From assembly GCF_001457595.1 (NCBI RefSeq), contig NZ_LN831039.1:6510001-6542000 (forward strand): 32,000 nucleotides of DNA, read 5' to 3'. Made by a program: the position numbers and the translations under genes. Position 1 is the stretch's first letter. Every line of letters begins with the position of its first letter. Under the pieces are notes generated by a model. That model was not told the DNA's origin. It searched no databases and was given only the letters and a program-made list of their open reading frames with translations. Positions 1-7,923 of the stretch are shown in pieces. This stretch comes from Mycolicibacterium smegmatis (GTDB taxonomy: Bacteria > Actinomycetota > Actinomycetes > Mycobacteriales > Mycobacteriaceae).

Positions 1-510
1 GCCCTCATCCAGGATCAAATTCGCAGCGAATTCACGGCTTCCCAGCAATACATCGCGATCGCCGTGTTCTTCGATGGCGCCGACCTGCCGCAGCTCGCCA
101 AGCACTTCTACGCCCAGGCGCTCGAGGAGCGCAATCACGCGATGATGCTCGTGCAGTACCTGCTCGACCGCGACGTCGAGGTGGAGATCCCCGGCATCGA
201 CCCGGTGTGCAACAACTTCACCACGCCCCGCGACGCGCTCGCCCTCGCGCTCGACCAGGAGCGCACCGTCACCGAGCAGATCAGCCGGCTCGCGAGCGTG
301 GCCCGCGACGAGGGTGATCACCTCGGCGAGCAGTTCATGCAGTGGTTCCTCAAGGAGCAGGTCGAGGAGGTCGCGGCGATGACGACGCTCGTGCGGATCG
401 CCGACCGCGCCGGATCCAACCTGTTCCACATCGAGGACTTCGTCGCCCGTGAGATGTCGGCCGCGGGTGCGGATCCGACGGCACCGCGCGCTGCAGGCGG
501 GGCCCTCTAG
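1..510 (+). CDS. bfrB: Ferritin (BfrB-type), 5' truncated by window edge
   Basis: The frame is open from base 1 (ALIQDQIRSEFTASQQYIAIAVFFDGADLPQLAKHFYAQALEERNHAMMLVQYLLDRD...), giving a typical ferritin four-helix sequence with EERNHAMM. The GTG at 64 in the ORF track is internal. Confidence 0.95.
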   Translation, partial: ALIQDQIRSEFTASQQYIAIAVFFDGADLPQLAKHFYAQALEERNHAMMLVQYLLDRDVEVEIPGIDPVCNNFTTPRDALALALDQERTVTEQISRLASVARDEGDHLGEQFMQWFLKEQVEEVAAMTTLVRIADRAGSNLFHIEDFVAREMSAAGADPTAPRAAGGAL

Positions 511-523
511 AGTTCTCGACGCG

Positions 524-1369
524 TCAGTCCCGGCCCGCGCCGGTGAGGCCGTTCTGCAGCCAATCCTTGGTGCGGCCGGGATGATTCGTCGCGATCCACG
601 CGACACCGACGTCCCGGCAGAACCGGACGTCCTCGTAGTGGTCGACGGTCCAGCAGTACAGCGCGCGCCCCTGCGCGGCGGCCCGGTCCACCAGTTCCGG
701 ATGCTCCCGCAGCGTCGCGATGGACGGGCCCACCGCGGTGGCTCCCACCGTGGTCGCGGCACTGCCGCCCAGGTATCGAGACGTCTCGCCCAGTAGCACC
801 GTCGGCAGCATCGGCGCGGCGCGGCGGATTCGCCACACCGCGGCCGCGGAGAACGACATCACCACCGCGCGCGCCATGTCGGCCGACGCCGGCGCGGCAA
901 TGCCGTAGCGGTGCAGCAGCGCAAGGAGTTTGTTCTCCACCAGCGCGCCGTAGCGCACAGGGTGTTTGGTCTCGATGAAAAGCTTGACCGGACGGTTCCA
1001 GTCCAGTGCCATCCGGACGAGTTCGTCGAGCGTCAGTACACCGGTGTCGTCCCCGGAACTGTCGGGGCGCCAACTCGGGTGCCACGAACCGAAATTCATC
1101 TTTCGCAACTCCGCGAGCGTCATCTCGCTCACCAGACCCGTACCCGTCGACGTGCGGTCCACCTTGCGGTCGTGCACGCACACCAGGTGCCCGTCACGCG
1201 TCAACCGAACGTCGCATTCGAGCCCGTCGGCGCCCTCCTGCAAAGCCAGGTCGTAGGCGGCGAGGGTGTGCTCGGGGCGGTCGGCGGAGGCACCTCGATG
1301 CGCGACCACGAACGGATGCGTCGGGCCCGTTGGCGCCTGCCCGTCGGCTCCGGCGTCGGCCTCAGTCAT
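524..1369 (-). CDS. glpQ1: Glycerophosphodiester phosphodiesterase
   Basis: The protein from MTEADAG... contains VVAHRGASADRPEHTLAAYDLALQEGADGLECDVRLTRDGHLVCVHD, the GDPD signature. The start was trimmed from the 1597 ORF start. Confidence 0.92.
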   Translation of the reverse strand: MTEADAGADGQAPTGPTHPFVVAHRGASADRPEHTLAAYDLALQEGADGLECDVRLTRDGHLVCVHDRKVDRTSTGTGLVSEMTLAELRKMNFGSWHPSWRPDSSGDDTGVLTLDELVRMALDWNRPVKLFIETKHPVRYGALVENKLLALLHRYGIAAPASADMARAVVMSFSAAAVWRIRRAAPMLPTVLLGETSRYLGGSAATTVGATAVGPSIATLREHPELVDRAAAQGRALYCWTVDHYEDVRFCRDVGVAWIATNHPGRTKDWLQNGLTGAGRD

Positions 1370-1373
1370 GAGG

Positions 1374-2531
1374 CTATGCTGCCGGGTTCTGCCCGGCGGG
1401 CTCAACCGGAACGGACGATTCCGGCCGTTGTGGCTGTTCGTCGGCCGGTTCCGTGTCGCCCTCCGCGGGCGTGTCAGCGGTGTCGCTGGACTCGTCGGCC
1501 TTCTCGGTGGAACGTCCTGCGGGGCCGGAGCCGTGGGGTCCGCCGGGGCCCGCAGGAGGTTTCGCACCCTCGGCCACGACCACCCAGCGCCGCACACTGC
1601 GGCCCTGCGCCTCGGTGGCCTCGAAGCCCTGGAACACCCGGTAGGTCAGGAGCAGTGTCGTGAGCCCCAGCAGGTAGCCGATGATCACGGTCACGGTGTT
1701 GTCGGCGATGTTCTGCGGGGTGTTGTTGAAGAACGTGACGTACACGGTGCTGACGATCGACCACGTGGCCACGATGGCGCTGAGGACCCACACGATCCAC
1801 CACACCACGATGGGCCGGCGCAACAGCGTCATGCGGTTGTCCGCCCGCGCGAGCTCCAGCACGAACACCGGCGCCATGAACAAGTTGACCACCGGCGCCA
1901 GGGCGCAGATCCACAACTCCAGCGGGGAGCGTGGATCTTCCTGTCCGCGTTGCGAATACGCCTCGCGCCGCCGGGCGACCAGCCACGAGATCAGCATCAC
2001 GACGGTGATCGTCATGATGGCGAGCACCAGCAGGCTCGCGAGCATGCCGAGCAGCACACCGCCCCAGGCGATCACCGGATGCAGCAGCACGGTGCGGTTG
2101 ATGAGCAGCAGGATGTACCGCACGATGTGCGCGAACGCCGCACCGGCGAGCGCGATCATCGCGAGGACGATCACCAGGCGCACGGTGTGGGCGGCCGGGC
2201 CGGTCCGTTGTGCCTGCTGCCGTTCCTCTGCGACCGCGAAGTCCTGGTGCAGACCCCAGCGCGGGACGGTGTGGTACCGCGGCGTGGGGCCCAACGGGCG
2301 GCGCCGGGGCCGCGAGGGTGGCGGGGCGCCGGGACGGACCGCGATCCAGCGGTAGCCGGGCGCGAGCCGGGCCGGCGGACGCTGCGGCTGCTGCGGCTGT
2401 TGAGGCGGCGAGGCCCACTGGGACTCGGGCGCCGACGGTGCGAGCAGACCACCGCCGCATCGGGGGCACCAAGACCGCTGCCGCTCGCGCACGTTCCAGC
2501 GCGTCCCGCACTGCGAACACACCTGGATCAT
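1374..2531 (-). CDS. Membrane protein with N-terminal zinc ribbon and DUF4328-like transmembrane domain (Rv3843c-like)
   Basis: N-terminal CSQCGTRW...CPRCGG zinc ribbon, Pro-rich linker, several hydrophobic TM segments, acidic Pro-rich tail. It is syntenic with glpQ1. Confidence 0.8.
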   Translation of the reverse strand: MIQVCSQCGTRWNVRERQRSWCPRCGGGLLAPSAPESQWASPPQQPQQPQRPPARLAPGYRWIAVRPGAPPPSRPRRRPLGPTPRYHTVPRWGLHQDFAVAEERQQAQRTGPAAHTVRLVIVLAMIALAGAAFAHIVRYILLLINRTVLLHPVIAWGGVLLGMLASLLVLAIMTITVVMLISWLVARRREAYSQRGQEDPRSPLELWICALAPVVNLFMAPVFVLELARADNRMTLLRRPIVVWWIVWVLSAIVATWSIVSTVYVTFFNNTPQNIADNTVTVIIGYLLGLTTLLLTYRVFQGFEATEAQGRSVRRWVVVAEGAKPPAGPGGPHGSGPAGRSTEKADESSDTADTPAEGDTEPADEQPQRPESSVPVEPAGQNPAA

Positions 2532-2559
2532 CGGACCAGCCTAGCCACCGGGCACCCGA

Positions 2560-2910
2560 TCAGATGGCGCCCGTACTTCCGTCGTCGGTGACCATGGGGC
2601 GACCTGCGCCCGCCCACGCCAGCATCCCGCCCTCGACGTTGATGGGCGTGTAGCCGTTACGGGCCAGGTAGTTGGCGACGCGCAGCGAGCGGCCACCGGC
2701 ATGGCAGATGACGTACAACTCGGCGTCCGGGTCGATCTCGGCCATGCGCGCCGGGACCTCGCCCATCGGGATGTGCTGGGCACCCGCGACGTGACCGCGC
2801 TGCCACTCGTCGTCCTCGCGCACGTCGAGCAGTACCACCGACTGATCGAACGTCGTGGGAACGGCGGAGATGTCCGCCTTTGCGACTTCCACATCGTCCA
2901 TACCGTCCAT
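2560..2910 (-). CDS. Single-domain rhodanese-like sulfurtransferase
   Basis: LLDVREDDEWQRGHVAGAQHIPMGEV and the active-site loop VICHAGGRS. Confidence 0.88.
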   Translation of the reverse strand: MDGMDDVEVAKADISAVPTTFDQSVVLLDVREDDEWQRGHVAGAQHIPMGEVPARMAEIDPDAELYVICHAGGRSLRVANYLARNGYTPINVEGGMLAWAGAGRPMVTDDGSTGAI

Positions 2911-2997
2911 GCTCGCACGCGCTCATGCCCGGTGCACCCGTCGGTGGCGCCCCGCCGCGTCGCCGCACGCGCAGAGAGCGGCGTTAGCAATTCGCGA

Positions 2998-3095
2998 CTA
3001 TCCACAGTTTCCACAGGTTCATCCACAGGCAACGCCGGACGGGACGGGCCCTGACCGGCGTCACCTGTGTGATTCCTGGACGATGCTGTGGACAA
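2998..3095. promoter_or_regulatory. Cluster of DnaA-box-like nonamers
   Basis: CTATCCACA (2998-3006), TCATCCACA (3019-3027) and TGTGGACAA (3087-3095, reverse complement TTGTCCACA, a perfect actinobacterial DnaA box). A further degenerate TTTCCACAG lies between the first two. Confidence 0.45.
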
Positions 3096-3317
3096 CGCCG
3101 GGGACCCGCGGGCCGGCGATCAACAACGTCCCCTCGGGCGAGCGAAATTGTTCGTGGAACTAAATGTTTCGTCGCGGGTGACGACCGGGCGCGCTGCGCC
3201 GCGCTGGATGACGACCCCCTGGTTCGGCCCCTTGGGATCACCGTGATTCGCTTGGCTGCGCAACTCGATTTCGTATCGGCGGGATGGTGGGGCTATGATC
3301 GGCGTCACACCAGATGT

Positions 3318-3333
3318 TGTGACAGAACTCACT
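3318..3333. promoter_or_regulatory. CRP/Cmr-like operator
   Basis: TGTGACAGAACTCACT against the consensus TGTGA-N6-TCACA (9 of 10 defined bases), just downstream of a TATGAT -10-like hexamer at 3294-3299. Confidence 0.4.
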
Positions 3334-3372
3334 GGGGGGTCAAACGTTGATCGTGCAGGTCAGGAGTGTTTG

Positions 3373-3531
3373 ATGGCGTCGCAGCCAATGGGATCCGGGT
3401 CCGCTTTACCACAGCCTGAGTGGCACACCTCGGGACATCTGCAGACCCGGCACCAGATGGTGGCGTTCCTGCGGGCCTGCGTGATCGCAGCAATCCTGCT
3501 GGGTGTGCTGGCCTTCATCGTCTGGTTCTGA
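3373..3531 (+). CDS. Small single-pass membrane protein (52 aa)
   Basis: MASQPMGSGSALPQPEWHTSGHLQTRHQMVAFLRACVIAAILLGVLAFIVWF; a C-terminal TM helix. The in-frame ORF extends to 3295, but the ATG at 3373 has a nearby purine-rich SD. Confidence 0.6.
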   Translation: MASQPMGSGSALPQPEWHTSGHLQTRHQMVAFLRACVIAAILLGVLAFIVWF

Positions 3532-3671
3532 CCCCGGTCGCATCGGGTATACGTGGGTGGAGCGTGCGTTCTTGCGGAGTGCGCTGCCATGGAGCAATGT
3601 TGACGATGCTTTCGGAGCGTCGATCTTTCTGACGTCCACAGCTCCACAATCACATATGAGGAAGGAATCTC

Positions 3672-4295
3672 GTGGCTGAATACACCCTGCCGGACCTGGA
3701 TTACGACTATGGAGCCCTCGAGCCCCATATCTCCGGTCAGATCAACGAGCTGCACCACAGCAAGCACCACGCGACCTACGTCAAGGGTGTGAACGACGCG
3801 ATTGCCAAGCTCGAGGAGGCACGGGCCAACGGTGACCACGCGGCCATCTTCCTGAACGAGAAGAACCTCGCGTTCCATCTCGGTGGCCACATCAACCACT
3901 CGATCTGGTGGAAGAACCTCTCCCCCAACGGTGGCGACAAGCCCACCGGCGAGCTCGCGGCCGCGATCGACGACCAGTTCGGCTCGTTCGACAAGTTCCA
4001 GGCACAGTTCACCGCTGCGGCCAACGGCCTGCAGGGTTCGGGCTGGGCGGTGCTCGGATACGACAGCCTCGGTGGCCGTCTGCTGACCTTCCAGCTCTAC
4101 GACCAGCAGGCCAACGTGCCGCTCGGCATCATCCCGCTGCTCCAGGTCGACATGTGGGAGCACGCGTTCTACCTGCAGTACAAGAACGTCAAGGCCGACT
4201 ACGTCAAGGCCTTCTGGAACGTCGTCAACTGGGAGGACGTGCAGAACCGCTTCGCGGCAGCCACTTCCAAGACCAGCGGTCTGATCTTCGGCTGA
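3672..4295 (+). CDS. sodA: Superoxide dismutase (Mn/Fe type)
   Basis: [36 protein letters not shown]...[28 protein letters not shown], the canonical SodA signature. GTG start with SD AAGGAAT. Confidence 0.97.
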   Translation: MAEYTLPDLDYDYGALEPHISGQINELHHSKHHATYVKGVNDAIAKLEEARANGDHAAIFLNEKNLAFHLGGHINHSIWWKNLSPNGGDKPTGELAAAIDDQFGSFDKFQAQFTAAANGLQGSGWAVLGYDSLGGRLLTFQLYDQQANVPLGIIPLLQVDMWEHAFYLQYKNVKADYVKAFWNVVNWEDVQNRFAAATSKTSGLIFG

Positions 4296-4355
4296 TCCGC
4301 TCACAAAGAGGCATCTGACACCCGGTCGGCACCGACCGCCTGATCTGGTGAACGA

Positions 4356-4384
4356 GGGGCGTCGCGCGATTCGCGCGACGCCCC
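4356..4384. terminator. Perfect 13-bp stem hairpin downstream of sodA
   Basis: GGGGCGTCGCGCG-ATT-CGCGCGACGCCCC, 61 bp after the sodA stop and followed by ...CGTTTTC. Confidence 0.75.
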
Positions 4385-4514
4385 GCCCTCGTTTTCGGGA
4401 CCGTACAGCCGCGCAGGTCGTGTCGCTTGCACGGTTTGCCGACCTGACGCATCCTGAATTCATCGGCACATCGAGGTGCCGCGGACAGGCCAACACCGAT
4501 GTCCTGGAGGCAAA

Positions 4515-5048
4515 ATGGATAATCGGTCCGGTCGGGCGATCGAGATCGCCCCGTTTCATTCCGGCGGATCACTCAAGGGTTTCGTGGTGTCAGGACGCTG
4601 GCCCGACTCGACCAAGGAGTGGGCGCAGTTGTTGATGGCGACGGTACGGGTCGCATCCTGGCCGGGATTACTGTCCACCACAACGATTTTCGGTGTCCGC
4701 GAAGAGCTGCCGGATGAACCGCAGCCCGGCACCGTCGGCCTGGTCATGGCCGAGGGCCCGGTGGTCGGCGAGGCCGCGGTGCCGCCGGGATATTTCGCCG
4801 AACACCAACCGCCTGCGCTCTTGATGTTGCACCCGCCGTCGGAGACGACGCCGTCGCTGCCCGAGTGCGCGGGCGCGGCGTCGGGGTGCGTGCTGCTGCC
4901 GGGACTTCCGCATCTGGGTCTCGAACACCGCGCGGCCTGGGTCGAGGCCGAGGCCGACGGCACCGTCACGTCGATGGTGAGCCGTGTCGGCGTCGATCCC
5001 ATCAGCCACCCCGACACCGCGATCCTGGCAATGTTGCTGGCTGCGTGA
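4515..5048 (+). CDS. Conserved mycobacterial hypothetical protein (Rv3847-like)
   Basis: ATG at 4515 preceded by CTGGAGG. Protein MDNRSGRAIEIAPFHSGGSLKGFVVSGRWPDSTKEW... lies between sodA and espR as in M. tuberculosis. Confidence 0.75.
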   Translation: MDNRSGRAIEIAPFHSGGSLKGFVVSGRWPDSTKEWAQLLMATVRVASWPGLLSTTTIFGVREELPDEPQPGTVGLVMAEGPVVGEAAVPPGYFAEHQPPALLMLHPPSETTPSLPECAGAASGCVLLPGLPHLGLEHRAAWVEAEADGTVTSMVSRVGVDPISHPDTAILAMLLAA

Positions 5049-5687
5049 GCGAACGCGACACGCCCACCCCTTTATCAAGATCAACGCGCTGACCACCGAT
5101 CATGGTTTTTCACTGCCGGTTTGCTGCCTGCACGCTGTGGGGCTTCGGGCGGCTCGGCGCCACCGAGGTTGCGCCGCACATGCCGGCTCAGTTGCCACAG
5201 CGGTGGCGCCGGCACACCGATCTTGTCTACTGTCACAGAGGCAGCAATCAACCCTGCACCGATGCTCGCGCATGCCGGCGCGTCAGCCGTTCGGGTCCGC
5301 CCGTGACACCCGGATCGTCGCCAGGACTGGCCCGATCATGGCCTGGCAACTCTCACGCGGTCCTGGTACGGGCCTTGCGATCTGACCCCGCGGCGGCACG
5401 TGCGCTCGGTCGTATACAACGGCATCCGCCACGAGTCGGTGGCGAGGTCTGTGCTCTAGCAAATACCTGATTCCGCGAGTACCGGTTGATCATCCGTTGC
5501 CCACTTACGACGTCAACACAGCTTTTTCACAGAATGACCGCAGCTCACCCAACTGAATACAACGCAACCGTCACTATTTGTGTTGTCACACGACGCAAAA
5601 CCACGCTCGGCGCGCGGCGAAGACACGTGTTTCGCCGGTAATCCTGGTCAAAACACGAAGCAAGGTTAACTTTTCCGTGGTTTGCAC

Positions 5688-5716
5688 TTGGTTGTCGTCA
5701 CAACACTCGGTACGAT
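5688..5716 (+). promoter_or_regulatory. Candidate espR promoter with internal palindrome
   Basis: TTGGTT-(17 bp)-TACGAT. The spacer region carries the palindrome GTTGT-CGTC-ACAAC at 5691-5704. TTTGCAC (5682-5688) and AGCAAA (opposite strand TTTGCT, 5721-5726) flank it. Confidence 0.45.
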
Positions 5717-5773
5717 AGTCAGCAAATACGCCGCCTTTTCGTTCCGCTCATGAATCATGTGGAGGTCAAATCG

Positions 5774-6178
5774 ATGAGCAAGACGTTCGCCGCCCGTCTG
5801 AACCGCCTGTTCGACACGGTTTATCCCCCCGGGCGCGGACCCCACACGTCTGCCGAGGTGATTGCTGCGCTCAAGTCCGAGGGCATCACCATGTCGGCTC
5901 CGTATCTTTCGCAGCTGCGTTCGGGGAACCGCACCAACCCGTCCGCCGCAACCATGGCTGCTCTTGCCAACTTCTTCCGTATCAAGCCCGCGTACTTCAC
6001 CGACGACGAGTACTACGAGAAGCTCGACAAGGAACTCACCTGGCTCGCGAACATGCGTGACGAAGGGGTCCGCCGCATTGCTGCCCGCACCGTCGGATTG
6101 TCGCCGGAGGCTCAGCAGGACCTGGTCCAAAAGGCCGAGGAACTGCGCCGCCGCGAACAACTCGACTCTGCGGAGTGA
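5774..6178 (+). CDS. espR: EspR, atypical XRE-family nucleoid-associated regulator
   Basis: MSKTFAARLNRLFDTVYPPGRGPHTSAEVIAALKSEGITMSAPYLSQLRSGNRTNPSAATMAALANFFRIKPAYFTDDEYYEKLDKELTWL; near-identical to the EspR N-terminus as remembered. Confidence 0.96.
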   Translation: MSKTFAARLNRLFDTVYPPGRGPHTSAEVIAALKSEGITMSAPYLSQLRSGNRTNPSAATMAALANFFRIKPAYFTDDEYYEKLDKELTWLANMRDEGVRRIAARTVGLSPEAQQDLVQKAEELRRREQLDSAE

Positions 6179-6211
6179 CGATTCCGGGCCTCGCCCGGCA
6201 ATGATGTCGTG

Positions 6212-6249
6212 ACGTGTGAGCAGGTCCTGTTCGGGACCTGCTCACACGT
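6212..6249. terminator. Perfect 16-bp stem bidirectional terminator hairpin between convergent genes
   Basis: ACGTGTGAGCAGGTCC-TGTTCG-GGACCTGCTCACACGT. It overlaps the stop codon of the minus-strand gene ending at 6242. Confidence 0.8.
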
Positions 6250-7363
6250 GTTTTCCAGCCCGTTCGATCTCGCGGTACTGCTGCGCGATGGCCAGGATCC
6301 ACTCCCGGTCCGACAGCGATTCGGGCTGTCCCAACCAACTCAATCCGGGGAAAGCCGATGCCGGCGCGTCCTCGTCACGCGTGTCGTGGATCCATTGGGC
6401 CACCGCGCGCGCCTGCTCTTGCGGCGTGACCTCGGGTATGTCGAGCACCGGCCGGTCGGCCGATCCCGACCCGTGCCGGGCCGCCTTGCGTCTGCGGGAT
6501 TCGGCCGCGGTCGCTTCCAGGTACAGCGCGTCGGAGATCAGCGACATGCGCTCGGCGACCCGGAACACCAGCGGCCCGCGCGGGCGCACCCCGATCCCGA
6601 CGTCGGGCTGGCGCTTGCCCAGCTCGTCGAGCAGCGGCGCGATGACCCGCAACTCCTGACGCGCGCCGAACCAGTCCTCGATGCTGGGCAGCAGTGACCC
6701 CGCGGCCACCACGACCATCGCGCAGCCCAGCAGGGTGGCCGCGGCGCCGACACCGATGGTGTCCGACGTTCCGACCGCCCGCAGCAGGAAGAAGGCGCTG
6801 GCCGCGACGATCAGCACCATGCCCACGGTGAAGACGAACAGCGCCCGGCCGCGGCGGCTACGGTTGGAGTAGCGCAGACCCGCCCACGCGACGAGGGTGA
6901 GCGCGAGCAAGACGTACAGCAGCGGCAGCAACCACGACATGCCGTTGTCGCCGAGTTGGTGCTTGAGGTATTCCTCGGGAGCCATCTCGGGCTGCCTGCC
7001 GGCAAGGAAGAACATCACGAGGCTGATCACCGCGACGACGGCGGCAATTCCGTACTGCGCGAACGCGATTCGGCGGGTGGTGACGGGTGATCGCTCTGAG
7101 GACGCGGAGGTGATCATGACGCAACTGCCCGCCGCGCAGGCGACCAGGGCCACCTGGCTGAGCCCGACGGCCAGATTGGGCCACCGCAGCAGGGTGTCGA
7201 TCAACAGCGCCAGCGGCTGCCAGTTGAGGGCCGCGACCGCGCCGAGACTGCCCAGCGCCACGATCATCGCCGAGCTCACCAGTGACTGCTTGTTGACCAG
7301 CGCCCATCCGATGCGCAGTCCGGTCGCCAGGCCGAGCAGCCCGGCGATCACCCAGATGATCAA
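6242..7363 (-). CDS. Multi-pass membrane protein with cytosolic C-terminal domain (MAB_1171c / DUF6545-like putative transporter family)
   Basis: LIIWVIAGLLGLATGLRIGWALVNKQ... shows about 7 hydrophobic segments and then ...SIEDWFGARQELRVIAPLLDELGKRQPDVGIGVRPRGPLVFRVAERMSLISDAL. The likely start is TTG at 7363, overlapping the upstream TGA as TTGA; the ORF-track start at 7495 lies inside the upstream gene. Confidence 0.7.
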   Translation of the reverse strand: MIIWVIAGLLGLATGLRIGWALVNKQSLVSSAMIVALGSLGAVAALNWQPLALLIDTLLRWPNLAVGLSQVALVACAAGSCVMITSASSERSPVTTRRIAFAQYGIAAVVAVISLVMFFLAGRQPEMAPEEYLKHQLGDNGMSWLLPLLYVLLALTLVAWAGLRYSNRSRRGRALFVFTVGMVLIVAASAFFLLRAVGTSDTIGVGAAATLLGCAMVVVAAGSLLPSIEDWFGARQELRVIAPLLDELGKRQPDVGIGVRPRGPLVFRVAERMSLISDALYLEATAAESRRRKAARHGSGSADRPVLDIPEVTPQEQARAVAQWIHDTRDEDAPASAFPGLSWLGQPESLSDREWILAIAQQYREIERAGKHV

Positions 7364-7851
7364 CCAAACGCCTCTCCGAGCCGTACCTGCACGATCGACG
7401 ATCGATCGGACGGTAGCCGGCCCAGGCGGTACAGGAGCAGCGCCGCGAAGTCCTCGGCCTCTTGCTCGATGTCCTCGCCGTTGGGTCCCATGCACCCGGT
7501 GCGCTGGTTCAACATGTAACTGATCAGATCGGAACTGGCCAGTTCGACGTTGTCCTGGGCGGCCTCCACGATGGAGATGCCCTCATGGCCCAGAACCAGG
7601 TGGCCGAGCTCGTGTGCGAGGGTGCGGTCCCAGGCCGGCAGTCCGCGCTGGATGAGGAACACGTCGCGGTCGGCGTACTGACGCCACTGACCACACACGC
7701 CGACCGGAAGTTCTTCCATGGTGATCTCGATGGGCCTGCCACGGTCTTCGCTGACAGCGTCGACGAGGCGCGTCAGCGTCACTTCCCCACGACGCGGTGC
7801 GAGATCGAGCACCGCGTTCACTGCGCGCGTGACGCTACGACTGGCTGACAC
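7360..7851 (-). CDS. ImmA/IrrE-family zinc metallopeptidase
   Basis: LAHELGHLVLGHEG (HExxH; HELGH codons at 7600-7614) and downstream EQEAEDFAALLL, the third-ligand style of IrrE/ImmA zincins. GTG start with AAGGGGG upstream. Confidence 0.85.
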   Translation of the reverse strand: MSASRSVTRAVNAVLDLAPRRGEVTLTRLVDAVSEDRGRPIEITMEELPVGVCGQWRQYADRDVFLIQRGLPAWDRTLAHELGHLVLGHEGISIVEAAQDNVELASSDLISYMLNQRTGCMGPNGEDIEQEAEDFAALLLYRLGRLPSDRSSIVQVRLGEAFG

Positions 7852-7923
7852 GTTTCCCCCTTCCGACCTTTCCTAGCATTTCCACTTCCGGTGCGCCTCC
7901 TCGGGCGGTTGCTCGGGCAGTTG

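Noticed and set aside
1266-2591. 441-aa plus-strand ORF antisense to glpQ1 and the DUF4328-like gene
   Set aside because: Composition (Arg/His/Gln/Gly rich) is typical of a high-GC shadow ORF. The opposite strand encodes coherent TM and zinc-ribbon features.
2998-3095. Chromosomal replication origin
   Set aside because: Only about four DnaA-like boxes, with no dnaA, dnaN, rpmH, parAB or AT-rich DUE nearby. It is better described as an isolated cluster.
5102-5470. 122-aa plus-strand ORF before espR
   Set aside because: No recognisable motif, codon bias not convincing, poor start context. Retained only as part of the non-coding-interval finding.
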